Source of the DNA: Candidatus Latescibacterota bacterium
GTDB taxonomy: Bacteria; Latescibacterota; UBA2968
Direction of reading: 5' to 3'
Assembly: GCA_965205975.1 (NCBI GenBank)
Contig: OZ242195.1
Span: 2,464,001-2,528,000 of the forward strand
DNA length: 64,000 nt
Shown here in pieces: positions 38,158 to 47,176 of this stretch. Under the pieces are notes generated by a model. It made no database searches. It had not been told where the DNA came from and worked only from the letters and a program-made list of their open reading frames with translations. Each line of letters opens with the position of its first letter. The first letter of the stretch is position 1. A program made the translations under genes and the position numbers.

Positions 38158-39741
38158 TCAACGCACATCGTATCGCAAAATTGCCACATAAGCACCCGCA
38201 AAACCCAGCACTGCCAGCAAAGTCAGATTGAGAAAGTGATAGGCATTCCGCGCCAAGCAGGAAGAAAAAGATTCGATATCCCGATACGTAAACGGCACAA
38301 AGTCACTCACATCGCGATCTTGTTTTGCGATTCGCCCTTTCTCGCGAATGAATTTTGCCATGTACCCAATGTGTATTCTCAGCGCATCTTCAATCTGTTC
38401 CTGCTGAACAAATCCCGTGCGGCATAGATCCATAGACGCAAATGTCACAGCACTAAATGGTGAAATGGCCGACACAGCCACTGTTGTCGTGCGGCGTTCG
38501 CGCAACTGATTCCGTTGCGCTTCCCGCAATCGCTTGAGGCCGTTGACAAACGCCATCTCTGCTTTTTCTTCAATTCTATCCCGCGCTTCATAATAAGCCG
38601 CCCGAGCGTCTTCTTCAGGCTCGCCACGGTACACAGCCATCTGGGCTTCACGAATTGCCTTGAGAGAAGCTTCGGGAATGGTGATGTATTTTTTTGCAAT
38701 CTGTTCGCGTTGTTCTTGCGACATGTCTCGTCCCCACTTTTTTGTCAGTTCCTGTATTTCTAAATAAGTATCTATACCCTTCACATTTAGCTGCTCAAGG
38801 CTTTCTCTTGCCCGTTGTCGCACTCTTTCCAGCCGTTCTTCATAATGCGTTTGGTAATCGTGTTTTTTGTCTCGCTTAATCTGCCAGAATAGTTCATCTA
38901 CCCGCTTTTGCACGGTCACAGAACTATCCACCGGCATCCATTCTCGCGACAAACGAACGCCTATGTCGGGCACAATAAAAATCCAGATCGTCCAGAGGCT
39001 CAAAAGTCCCAAGAACGCCGTCAGGCGTCGGGATGTTAGTGCCGAAGCCAAAAGGCCAAAAGCGGCAAACACACACAGATAGAGCGCAAACACGACCATC
39101 AAAGCACCCAATCGCAACCAATCTTCGGTCTGGAGTGCGACAGAAGGCGACAGCACCAATACGCAAACAGCGACCAAAAAACAAAAAACAAAGGGCACCA
39201 GTGCCATCAGTATTGCCCCTACCAGTTTAGACAGTGCCAGCATGGCTCGCGACACGGGAAAGGATGCGTACAGGCGAAGCGTACCCGACTCTTTTTCTCC
39301 ACATATCGCATCGTATATGAATAACAGAACCGCCAAACTCAAAACGAACTTCACAATAAAGGCCAGATCCAACACCCCAAAAAGCGCATAAATGGGGTCT
39401 TCCTCAAAAAGGCTGGCTTCCATGCGCGGCATCAGTTCGTGCTGGATATAAACCTCACGTCCCAATTTGCCCGACAAACCAAACACAAGTGGACTCAAAG
39501 GCTCTGGTCTGCGACCCCACCGATATCCCTTATGGGGCGTATCCCGATTATCGAGTACCGCCTGCAAATCCTGCCGATGGGTCTGCGAGGTGGCCTGATA
39601 TTCCCGCATCTGCTGGGCATAATTCTCAACGCCTACATACACGCTTAGTGCCGATAAGAGAACACACAATCCAAAAACAGCTATGAATCGGAAATCCGTC
39701 AGGTATTGCGCCAATTCTTTTTGAACCAATCGTCCAAACAT
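38158..39741 (-). CDS. ABC-2 type transporter permease (paralog C)
   Basis: CGEKESGTLRL..SFPVSR, ISPF, LRYDVR. Confidence 0.9.
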   Translation of the reverse strand: MFGRLVQKELAQYLTDFRFIAVFGLCVLLSALSVYVGVENYAQQMREYQATSQTHRQDLQAVLDNRDTPHKGYRWGRRPEPLSPLVFGLSGKLGREVYIQHELMPRMEASLFEEDPIYALFGVLDLAFIVKFVLSLAVLLFIYDAICGEKESGTLRLYASFPVSRAMLALSKLVGAILMALVPFVFCFLVAVCVLVLSPSVALQTEDWLRLGALMVVFALYLCVFAAFGLLASALTSRRLTAFLGLLSLWTIWIFIVPDIGVRLSREWMPVDSSVTVQKRVDELFWQIKRDKKHDYQTHYEERLERVRQRARESLEQLNVKGIDTYLEIQELTKKWGRDMSQEQREQIAKKYITIPEASLKAIREAQMAVYRGEPEEDARAAYYEARDRIEEKAEMAFVNGLKRLREAQRNQLRERRTTTVAVSAISPFSAVTFASMDLCRTGFVQQEQIEDALRIHIGYMAKFIREKGRIAKQDRDVSDFVPFTYRDIESFSSCLARNAYHFLNLTLLAVLGFAGAYVAILRYDVR

Positions 39742-39757
39742 TCACAGCCCCTTAAAA

Positions 39758-41194
39758 TCAACGCAGGTCATAGCGCAGCATTGAAACATGCGCGCCCAGA
39801 AAACAAAGCACACACCATAAAGCCAACAGACCCAAATTTACGATTCCCGCTTGCAAATCCGTATCCGGCCAAACGTCTCGATAAACCACACGCGGAACAG
39901 TCGTATAATCAATCTGATATTTTCCGTATTTTTTTGGATTTGCCTTGCTCAATTGATCTTGATTGAGTTCTTTCCAATACCACGCACCATGGGCATCGCG
40001 TGTGTCATCAAAAGCATTGAGATATCGCTTATGACGACCTATCCCCGTGCCCGCCAGTTTAATCGTCATCTGATCAAGCGCAAACTTTGGCGACATCCTG
40101 GCAATCAGCATCGCCAGATCAAATCGCGCATTGTACTGATTTTCAAACGCTTCTTCCAATCTCGCGGTCTCTGGTTGTGCTTTTTTTCGCATGGCATCGC
40201 GCACACGTAACCGCATCTCCTGGCGCGCTTCTCTGCCTTCAGGCGATCTATACCAGGGTTCTCCTATTCTTTGTTGATAATCATTTTCCCATTCTATTTG
40301 TTGCTTAAAACGCGTTCGCGTATTCTCACGGCTCATAGCCCTTAAATTTGCCTGCAATTGCTGTTGAGAGGGCGCAGGGCGAATCACGTCTGCCGCTATC
40401 AGACTCAGACGCGGTACGATTGCCACAACGACGACCCAAAAAAACAAAAGGATGACAAAGGAAGTCGCCTCTCGATAAACCAGAGACGATGCAAAAACCC
40501 CCGCACAAACAAAAACTGTGAGATACAATGCAAACCCCACAACAATCCAAGTTAGACGGGTCAGTTCAGGCCCTCGAATTTGCACGTCAGGCAATAGCAA
40601 AACTATGCCAATACCCGCCACAAGAGGTACGCCAAAAGCGAGCGCAGTTGGGATCAGCGCGCCCAAAATTTTGGCAACGAGCACCTGCACGCGCGCAATG
40701 GGAAATGAGCTCAACAATCGAAGTGTCCCGCGCTCCTTTTCGCCATTAATAGCGTCATACGTCAGGAGCAAAGCAAACAAACTCAAGACCATTTTGACCA
40801 CACTGTCCAAATCCAGAAAGGGGAAAATACCCAGTGTTGGTTCCTCTGCCACAGGACTAAATTTTAACCGTCGTGCGTGTTGATAAGCAATATACCCCGT
40901 CCTGCCCAACGTGGGTTCAATACCCCGCACAAAAATGCTCATCGCAGTCGGTGGTTTCGATGTTGGATACCCCACATCTCCTGCCGTGCCCATATCATTT
41001 GCCTCAATCAGATAGGCCCGGTGACTTTCAGTCAGCGTCTCCGACAAACGATGGTCTGCCAACGAATCGCGATAATATCCATATCCACTATACAGGCTCA
41101 AGGCAATAATACCTGCCCCCAAAACAGTCAGGATCAGAAACCGCAAACTCAGAATATGATCCAGAATTTCTTTTCGAAGTAAATGACCCAGCAT
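39758..41194 (-). CDS. ABC-2 type transporter permease (paralog D)
   Basis: NGEKERGTLRLLSSFPIAR, RMSP, LRYDLR. Confidence 0.9.
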   Translation of the reverse strand: MLGHLLRKEILDHILSLRFLILTVLGAGIIALSLYSGYGYYRDSLADHRLSETLTESHRAYLIEANDMGTAGDVGYPTSKPPTAMSIFVRGIEPTLGRTGYIAYQHARRLKFSPVAEEPTLGIFPFLDLDSVVKMVLSLFALLLTYDAINGEKERGTLRLLSSFPIARVQVLVAKILGALIPTALAFGVPLVAGIGIVLLLPDVQIRGPELTRLTWIVVGFALYLTVFVCAGVFASSLVYREATSFVILLFFWVVVVAIVPRLSLIAADVIRPAPSQQQLQANLRAMSRENTRTRFKQQIEWENDYQQRIGEPWYRSPEGREARQEMRLRVRDAMRKKAQPETARLEEAFENQYNARFDLAMLIARMSPKFALDQMTIKLAGTGIGRHKRYLNAFDDTRDAHGAWYWKELNQDQLSKANPKKYGKYQIDYTTVPRVVYRDVWPDTDLQAGIVNLGLLALWCVLCFLGAHVSMLRYDLR

Positions 41195-41398
41195 AAATTT
41201 TCTCCCACATCAGCTTCTAACACATCAGCTTTATCGGATAAGCCCGTAAGACCCACTCGCAGAGAGCTTTAGCGTTGTGCCGCATGGCGAAGGGCTTTGA
41301 TTTTGGTCTCTGCGAGTGCTTTAGCATGGTGGCGCATCGCTAAGCGGCGATGTGGGTGGTGAATCATTGAAATTATCCGTTCACAGGCCACATAAGAC

Positions 41399-41427
41399 TT
41401 GCATAAGTTACTGTTTTTGTGTATATT
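41399..41427 (+). promoter_or_regulatory. tnpB promoter, probably giving a leaderless mRNA
   Basis: TTGCAT-N17-TATATT; ATG begins 7 nt after the -10 box with no RBS. Confidence 0.55.
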
Positions 41428-41433
41428 TATACT

Positions 41434-42537
41434 ATGGAATACTTAACATACAAATACAAAATGTATAGTCGTTGTGACCGCAATAAGTATCTCCATCGAG
41501 ATATAGACGCCTTTGCAGGTGTGTATAACCATTTCATCGCGTTGCACAAGCGATACTATCGGCGTTTTGGTAAATATCCGAGCAAGTACACGATGATCAA
41601 TCATCTGGCAAAACTGAAGCGAACCACACGCTTTGCCCACTGGTGCTTGTTGCCATCCCAGGCATTGCAAAATGTGGTAGAGCGCATAGACTTTGGCTAT
41701 CAGAAATTCTTTGCCAGAGACAACAAGCGACCGCCTACCTTCAGGTCAAAATTTCGGTATCTGTCCTATACGCTAAAGCAGGCAGGCTACAAGTTTCTTG
41801 AGGGTAACAAGGTGCGTATCGGCAAGCGTGTCTTCAGATACCATAAGAGTAGATGCTTCGATGCAGATAGCATTAAGACGGTTACAATCATCCGTGACCG
41901 CGTAGGCGACCTGTGGCTATGTGTTGTCGCAAAGGCAGAAGGTATCAAGCAAGTCATTGCCAAGAACGGTAAAACCGCAGGCTTTGACTTTGGCTTGAAG
42001 ACATACCTGACAGCCTCTGACAATACACGCACACAATCGCCTTTGTTCTTTTCTCGCAACACCAGACAGGTCAAGAAAGCCAACCGCAATCTTTCTCGCA
42101 AACAGAAAGGGAGCAACAATCGCCATCGAGCAAGGCTACATCTTGCCAAAGTGCATCGGCATGTTGCCAATCAGAGGCGAGACTACCACTGGCGACTTGC
42201 CCACCACCTGTGCAAAGAATATGACATTGTGTGCTTTGAGAAGCTGAACATCAAAGCCATGCAAACGCTGTGGGGCAGGAAGATTAACGACTTGGGCTTT
42301 GCCAACTTCTTGACCATTCTCAAGTATGTCGCACAAAAGACAGGCAAGAAAGTCAAGCAACTTAACCAATGGCTGCCAACTTCTAAGACCTGCTCTGCTT
42401 GTGGCACTGTAAAAGAAGATCTCCCCTTGCGAGAGAGGACGTTCCGTTGCGAATGTGGGTTCGAGATGGACAGAGACCTCAACGCAGCAATAAACATTCA
42501 CAGGTGGGGACATCCACCTATGCAGGAGGTTGCGTAA
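41434..42537 (+). CDS. tnpB: RNA-guided endonuclease TnpB
   Basis: RuvC-I GFDFGL, RuvC-II FEKL, Zn finger TSKTCSACG...CEC, RuvC-III DRDLNAAINI. Confidence 0.95.
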   Translation: MEYLTYKYKMYSRCDRNKYLHRDIDAFAGVYNHFIALHKRYYRRFGKYPSKYTMINHLAKLKRTTRFAHWCLLPSQALQNVVERIDFGYQKFFARDNKRPPTFRSKFRYLSYTLKQAGYKFLEGNKVRIGKRVFRYHKSRCFDADSIKTVTIIRDRVGDLWLCVVAKAEGIKQVIAKNGKTAGFDFGLKTYLTASDNTRTQSPLFFSRNTRQVKKANRNLSRKQKGSNNRHRARLHLAKVHRHVANQRRDYHWRLAHHLCKEYDIVCFEKLNIKAMQTLWGRKINDLGFANFLTILKYVAQKTGKKVKQLNQWLPTSKTCSACGTVKEDLPLRERTFRCECGFEMDRDLNAAINIHRWGHPPMQEVA

Positions 42538-42632
42538 GACCGAGCTTGTATAGTCGGCGGCGACTGCTGATCGCACAATCCCTGCTGAAGCTACGAGCAC
42601 GCGCAAGCATGCCGTAGGCACATCCCAATGCT

Positions 42633-44756
42633 TCAGCTTTGGGAGTATGTCAACACCACACTCTGAAGAGGTGCCAATCTCATCGACACGCCTTCATCCG
42701 TCAACGCGATACGACCAGAATCCGAGCCATCAAAAAATTGGTATGTATCGTACGCGGGAACCCGGTCTATACGCAATAGCGAAACATCTGGCAAAAGATG
42801 AATTGGACAGACAACTTCCCTGACAAAACGCGCATCCAGATTATGCGCCACCAGCAATCCCGAATGCTGGTTATACCGCGTATAGGCAAAAACGCGGTCT
42901 TCAGAGTCGGTATTGCGATGAAAATAAACATGCCCGGTTTGCAACTCAGGTCGCTGGCTCACAAATTTGTGCAAAGCCTCATAAGCGGCAACAAGTTGTG
43001 AATATGGTTCTCTATCGGCCCACTCGGGATGCAACAATGTAGATGCTTCAAAATCAGTACGCGCCTCCTCGCCCCATTCTGAACCCCACTCCAAAGCATA
43101 GGCCAAATTCACATAATGCGCCGTACCCGCCGTCGCATTGATCAGCGAACACTGGATATTGCGCAGCAGTGCCAACGTCCGAGATTGATAGCGATCTCGC
43201 CAAATTTTTGTCGCACGCGGGCTATCGTGATTCTCAAAATAAGCCATCGCCACAGTGCGAGGGGCAAAGGCACCTGAGGTGTGCTCTAAAAAATCGGCAT
43301 ACTGATTTCCGCACTCCGCATCCCGATGAAAATCCACCAGCAATGCGTAAATCATATCCACCGGAATATCCACCGCCTCGCTTAACTCGCACAGGGTCTC
43401 GCCCAAAACGAGCGCATCGGGCTTAACCGCATTGATGCGGTTTTTAATCTGCTTCAAAAATGGCCGATCCACAGTTTGGCTCGCGTCGATACGCACCCCA
43501 TCCAGATCACAGGTACGCATCCAAAAAGGCGCGATTCCCGACAGATAATTTTGTAAGGGCCTGTTAAAAGGCAAGTCGAGCAACGCCACATCCGAATAAA
43601 CCAGCCATGCAATCTGATGAATTTTGGGCTGCCCGTGCTCATCCATCACATACCAGTCGGGATATTGTTCAATCAACGGACAATCGCGGCTGGTCTGCAT
43701 CAACACCAGATCAAAAATCACCTGCTTGCCCAGCGCGTGTGCCCGCCGCGTTAGCGCGCGCAATTCCGCACGCCCAATCAACTGTATCAGCGTATCGCGT
43801 CCAACCCAATCAATCAATTCTTTGAAGGTGCGAAAATTGTTAAAATCATCAACCTTGCGCAGCCTCGACAACTGTCGTTCGTGCAATAAAGTCTGCAAAT
43901 CCAAGTCGACGATCAGCCCATCCGATACCAGTGCGAGAAAATCCACCTCTTCTGGCGGCGTGACCAGATTGGGATCAATCCGAAAAAAATCCCGCACGGC
44001 ATAAACACTGCCCAACGCGCCTTTTCGCACATCCTGTCCCGTGTGTAAATCTCCAAAACCAGGTTCAAAAAACGGAAGCAAATACACCACATCCGTCTGC
44101 ATCTCCTCAAGCCGCGATGTCACATCGCAAAATGTACCACTCACAAATTGCCCATCTGCATCCAGACGCGCGTCAACTTTTCGCACACAGACTTCGGTAA
44201 TTGAAAGACAGCGGCGAACCTGATCGGGACTGATCGCGATTACCCCATCTCGATTCAGTGCAATATCATTAACCGAAATCCACGCCTTTGAGGCATCCGA
44301 CAGTGCCTTATCATCAGCCGAAAACTCGACCGTATAGTGAAAAACACCCGTCTGATCGATCTGAATCACATCCGATTCAAAAACCAGATTATTCTCCGAA
44401 AGAACCGGCTGATCCGCTCCATCTACAACGATATGCATAGAAACATAAAAACCTGCACCCGTGCGAAACTCACCCCGCTCATCTACAAAGCCGCGATCAT
44501 TCACATCGGTCCACAAACGCGCTTCTACATCGCCCGTGCGACAGGTAGCCAAATCGATATCCGCAACAAATAACTCAGTTCGAACACGCGCTTCTACTAC
44601 ACTATCAGGCACTAAAAATGCCCGAGCCATCACTGAATCATATCGAATACCATCCAGCTCAATCGTCAGATTACCGGCCCAGACATCCGCATTGTCATAC
44701 GCCTGAACAGCATATCGCTCGTGCAATTTGTATTTAAATTCCAAACGCTTATCCAC
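42633..44756 (-). CDS. Alpha-amylase (GH13-like) family protein; last residues supplied by the IS end
   Basis: GSVYAVRDF, DGVRIDA, LGET, ENHD, VFAYTR; GGAGG RBS before GTG at 44756. Confidence 0.75.
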   Translation of the reverse strand: MDKRLEFKYKLHERYAVQAYDNADVWAGNLTIELDGIRYDSVMARAFLVPDSVVEARVRTELFVADIDLATCRTGDVEARLWTDVNDRGFVDERGEFRTGAGFYVSMHIVVDGADQPVLSENNLVFESDVIQIDQTGVFHYTVEFSADDKALSDASKAWISVNDIALNRDGVIAISPDQVRRCLSITEVCVRKVDARLDADGQFVSGTFCDVTSRLEEMQTDVVYLLPFFEPGFGDLHTGQDVRKGALGSVYAVRDFFRIDPNLVTPPEEVDFLALVSDGLIVDLDLQTLLHERQLSRLRKVDDFNNFRTFKELIDWVGRDTLIQLIGRAELRALTRRAHALGKQVIFDLVLMQTSRDCPLIEQYPDWYVMDEHGQPKIHQIAWLVYSDVALLDLPFNRPLQNYLSGIAPFWMRTCDLDGVRIDASQTVDRPFLKQIKNRINAVKPDALVLGETLCELSEAVDIPVDMIYALLVDFHRDAECGNQYADFLEHTSGAFAPRTVAMAYFENHDSPRATKIWRDRYQSRTLALLRNIQCSLINATAGTAHYVNLAYALEWGSEWGEEARTDFEASTLLHPEWADREPYSQLVAAYEALHKFVSQRPELQTGHVYFHRNTDSEDRVFAYTRYNQHSGLLVAHNLDARFVREVVCPIHLLPDVSLLRIDRVPAYDTYQFFDGSDSGRIALTDEGVSMRLAPLQSVVLTYSQS

Positions 44757-44922
44757 ATATCCTCCCAGTAAAATGCGCTCCGGACAATATACGAAAGTTT
44801 GTGGGGGAAATCTCACCTTTTGTAATACGCATTTAACAGATAAGAAACGGTAAAGAAATATACGCCTAATATATTCAACCGTCAGTTTACGCCACCCCAA
44901 CCATATCAGGGAGGAGTTCAGT

Positions 44923-45261
44923 ATGAAACTCATCACAGCAGTCATCCAGCCTCACAAGCTGGACGATGTGCGCGCGGCACTCGGCGACATCGGCATCCAG
45001 GGCATGACCGTCACGGAAGCGCGCGGCTTTGGACGCCAAAAAGGACACCGAGAAGTCTATCGCGGTGCCGAATACGTCGTCGATTTTCTGCCCAAAGTCA
45101 AGCTGGAGATCGCCATCAATGAAGACGTAGTTGACCGCGCCATTGATGCGATAGAGAATGCTGCCAAAACGGGCAACGTAGGTGATGGAAAGATATTCGT
45201 TGCGGATTTGGGACAAGCCGTTCGCATTCGAACAGGCGAAACCGGGCCCGATGCGCTGTAA
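44923..45261 (+). CDS. glnK: PII nitrogen regulatory protein, copy 1
   Basis: GFGRQKGH.E.YRGAEY, GDGKIFV, RIRTGE; upstream of amt. Confidence 0.97.
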   Translation: MKLITAVIQPHKLDDVRAALGDIGIQGMTVTEARGFGRQKGHREVYRGAEYVVDFLPKVKLEIAINEDVVDRAIDAIENAAKTGNVGDGKIFVADLGQAVRIRTGETGPDAL

Positions 45262-45286
45262 CACAATTATATATCAGGAGAATACA

Positions 45287-46615
45287 ATGATTAAACGCCA
45301 TAACATCTTTACCCTGCTCATCGGCCTGGCATTGTTGCTCGCCTTGCCCAACATCGCGCTTGCCGACGCACACGAACCCAACTCAGGCGACACAGCCTGG
45401 ATGCTTACCTCAACTGCACTGGTGCTGTTTATGACCATACCCGGCCTCGCCCTCTTTTACGGCGGCCTCGTGCGCACCAAAAATGTTTTATCAGTTCTTA
45501 TGCAGTGTTTCGCCCTCACCGCCATCATGACCCTGGTTTGGGTTATCATTGGCTACAGTCTCGCCTTCAACACCGATGGCATGGAAGCCGGCTCGACCAA
45601 CATAAATTCGTTTGTCGGTGGTTTGGGCACCATGTTCTTATCCGGTGTGACCGCCAGCAGCCTATCGGGCACCATTCCCGAAACAGTTTTCATCACCTTC
45701 CAGATGACCTTTGCCATTATCACCCCAGCCCTCATTGTCGGTGCTTTTGCAGAACGCATGAAATTCTCAGCCATGATTGTGTTCTCGATCCTCTGGTCCA
45801 TCGTAGTCTATGCACCCATCTGTCACATGGCCTGGAGTGGTGACGGTTCCTTCTTTGGCGACATGGGCGTGCTCGACTTTGCAGGTGGCACGGTTGTACA
45901 TATCAACGCGGGCATCGCAGCCCTTGTGGCCTGTATTGTCATTGGCAAACGCCAGGGCTATCCAGACACGCTTATGGCCCCTCACAGCCTTACAATCACC
46001 GTCATAGGCGCGTCCATGCTGTGGGTCGGCTGGTTCGGCTTTAATGCCGGGAGTGCCGTCGCTGCCGATGGAGCCGCAGGCATGGCCATGCTCGTCACGC
46101 AGGTAGCCACCGCATCTGCAACACTGGGCTGGATAGCCGCCGAATGGATCAAACACGGCAAACCCAGTATCCTGGGTGCAGTCACAGGTGCTGTCGCTGG
46201 TCTCGTCGCCATCACCCCTGCTTCGGGTAGCGTAGGACCGATGGGTGCAATTGTCGTTGGCCTGGCTTCTGGCGTCATCTGCTTCTGGGCCGCCACCAGC
46301 CTCAAGCGCGCATTGGGCTATGACGACTCCCTCGATGCCTTTGGTGTTCACGGCATAGGCGGTATTGTAGGCGCGCTCCTTACAGGCATCTTTGCCGCTG
46401 AAAGCCTCGGGGGACAGGGCCTTAGTGCCGATTCTATCGGCGGACAATTCGTCGTACAGCTCATCGGCGTCGTCTTCACCATCGTCTATTGCGGCGTCTT
46501 ATCCTTCATCTTGCTCAAAATCGTCGATGCCATCGTCGGCTTGCGCGTCTCGCAAGACGAAGAAACTGAAGGACTCGATATCTCGCTCCACGACGAACGC
46601 GGCTACAATTATTAA
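45287..46615 (+). CDS. amtB: Ammonium transporter, copy 1
   Basis: PGLALFYGG, DFAGGTVVH, GWFGFNAGS, DDSLDAFGVHG. Confidence 0.97.
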   Translation: MIKRHNIFTLLIGLALLLALPNIALADAHEPNSGDTAWMLTSTALVLFMTIPGLALFYGGLVRTKNVLSVLMQCFALTAIMTLVWVIIGYSLAFNTDGMEAGSTNINSFVGGLGTMFLSGVTASSLSGTIPETVFITFQMTFAIITPALIVGAFAERMKFSAMIVFSILWSIVVYAPICHMAWSGDGSFFGDMGVLDFAGGTVVHINAGIAALVACIVIGKRQGYPDTLMAPHSLTITVIGASMLWVGWFGFNAGSAVAADGAAGMAMLVTQVATASATLGWIAAEWIKHGKPSILGAVTGAVAGLVAITPASGSVGPMGAIVVGLASGVICFWAATSLKRALGYDDSLDAFGVHGIGGIVGALLTGIFAAESLGGQGLSADSIGGQFVVQLIGVVFTIVYCGVLSFILLKIVDAIVGLRVSQDEETEGLDISLHDERGYNY

Positions 46616-46627
46616 AAACTGTCAGCC

Positions 46628-46668
46628 AAACCAAAAGAGCGGACACATAGTGCCCGCTCTTTTGGTTT
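46628..46668 (+). terminator. Rho-independent terminator after amtB copy 1
   Basis: AAACCAAAAGAGCGG...CCGCTCTTTTGGTTT. Confidence 0.85.
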
Positions 46669-46708
46669 TCCAGGCGCACATCTCCACAATGTGCGCTTTT
46701 TTTTTTCT

Positions 46709-46736
46709 TTGTAATTCAAAAATCGGGTTTTATAAT
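46709..46736 (+). promoter_or_regulatory. Candidate promoter for the second glnK-amtB pair
   Basis: TTGTAA-N16-TATAAT. Confidence 0.55.
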
Positions 46737-46801
46737 ACTCCTCTCCGGAAATGGATCGAAAAGCGATCCCGGCCACACACCTTATGAAGGAGGAGTACAG
46801 C

Positions 46802-47140
46802 ATGAAACTCATCACAGCAGTCATCCAGCCCCACAAGCTGGACGATGTGCGCGCAGCACTCGGCGACATCGGCATCCAGGGCATGACCGTCACGGAAGCG
46901 CGCGGCTTTGGACGCCAAAGAGGACACCGAGAAGTCTATCGCGGTGCCGAATACATCGTCGATTTTCTACCCAAAGTCAAGCTGGAAATCGCCATCGATG
47001 ACGATATGGTTGGTCGCGCTATTGATGCGATAGAGCATGCAGCCAAAACGGGCAACGTAGGTGATGGGAAAATTTTTGTCACAGATTTGGGACAAGCCGT
47101 TCGCATTCGAACGGGTGAAACCGGACCCGACGCACTTTAA
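46802..47140 (+). CDS. glnK: PII nitrogen regulatory protein, copy 2
   Basis: Near-identical to copy 1; RQRGH instead of RQKGH. Confidence 0.97.
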   Translation: MKLITAVIQPHKLDDVRAALGDIGIQGMTVTEARGFGRQRGHREVYRGAEYIVDFLPKVKLEIAIDDDMVGRAIDAIEHAAKTGNVGDGKIFVTDLGQAVRIRTGETGPDAL

Positions 47141-47176
47141 AACCACAAAATGAAAAACTCTGGAGGGAACACAAAT

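Larger units (their letters stand above)
41235..42653 (+). mobile_element. IS200/IS605-family non-autonomous element (tnpB only)
   Basis: TTTAT immediately 5'; structured left end; right-end hairpin ATCCCAATGCTTCAGCTTTGGGAGTATGTCAA ending in TCAA; no tnpA. Confidence 0.85.

Noticed and set aside
41235..41240. Alternative IS left junction after CGGAT (would restore ...SVVIR*)
   Set aside because: It is also in frame, but the AAGA guide predicts TTAT and VVIKL is a more typical terminal strand; not fully excluded
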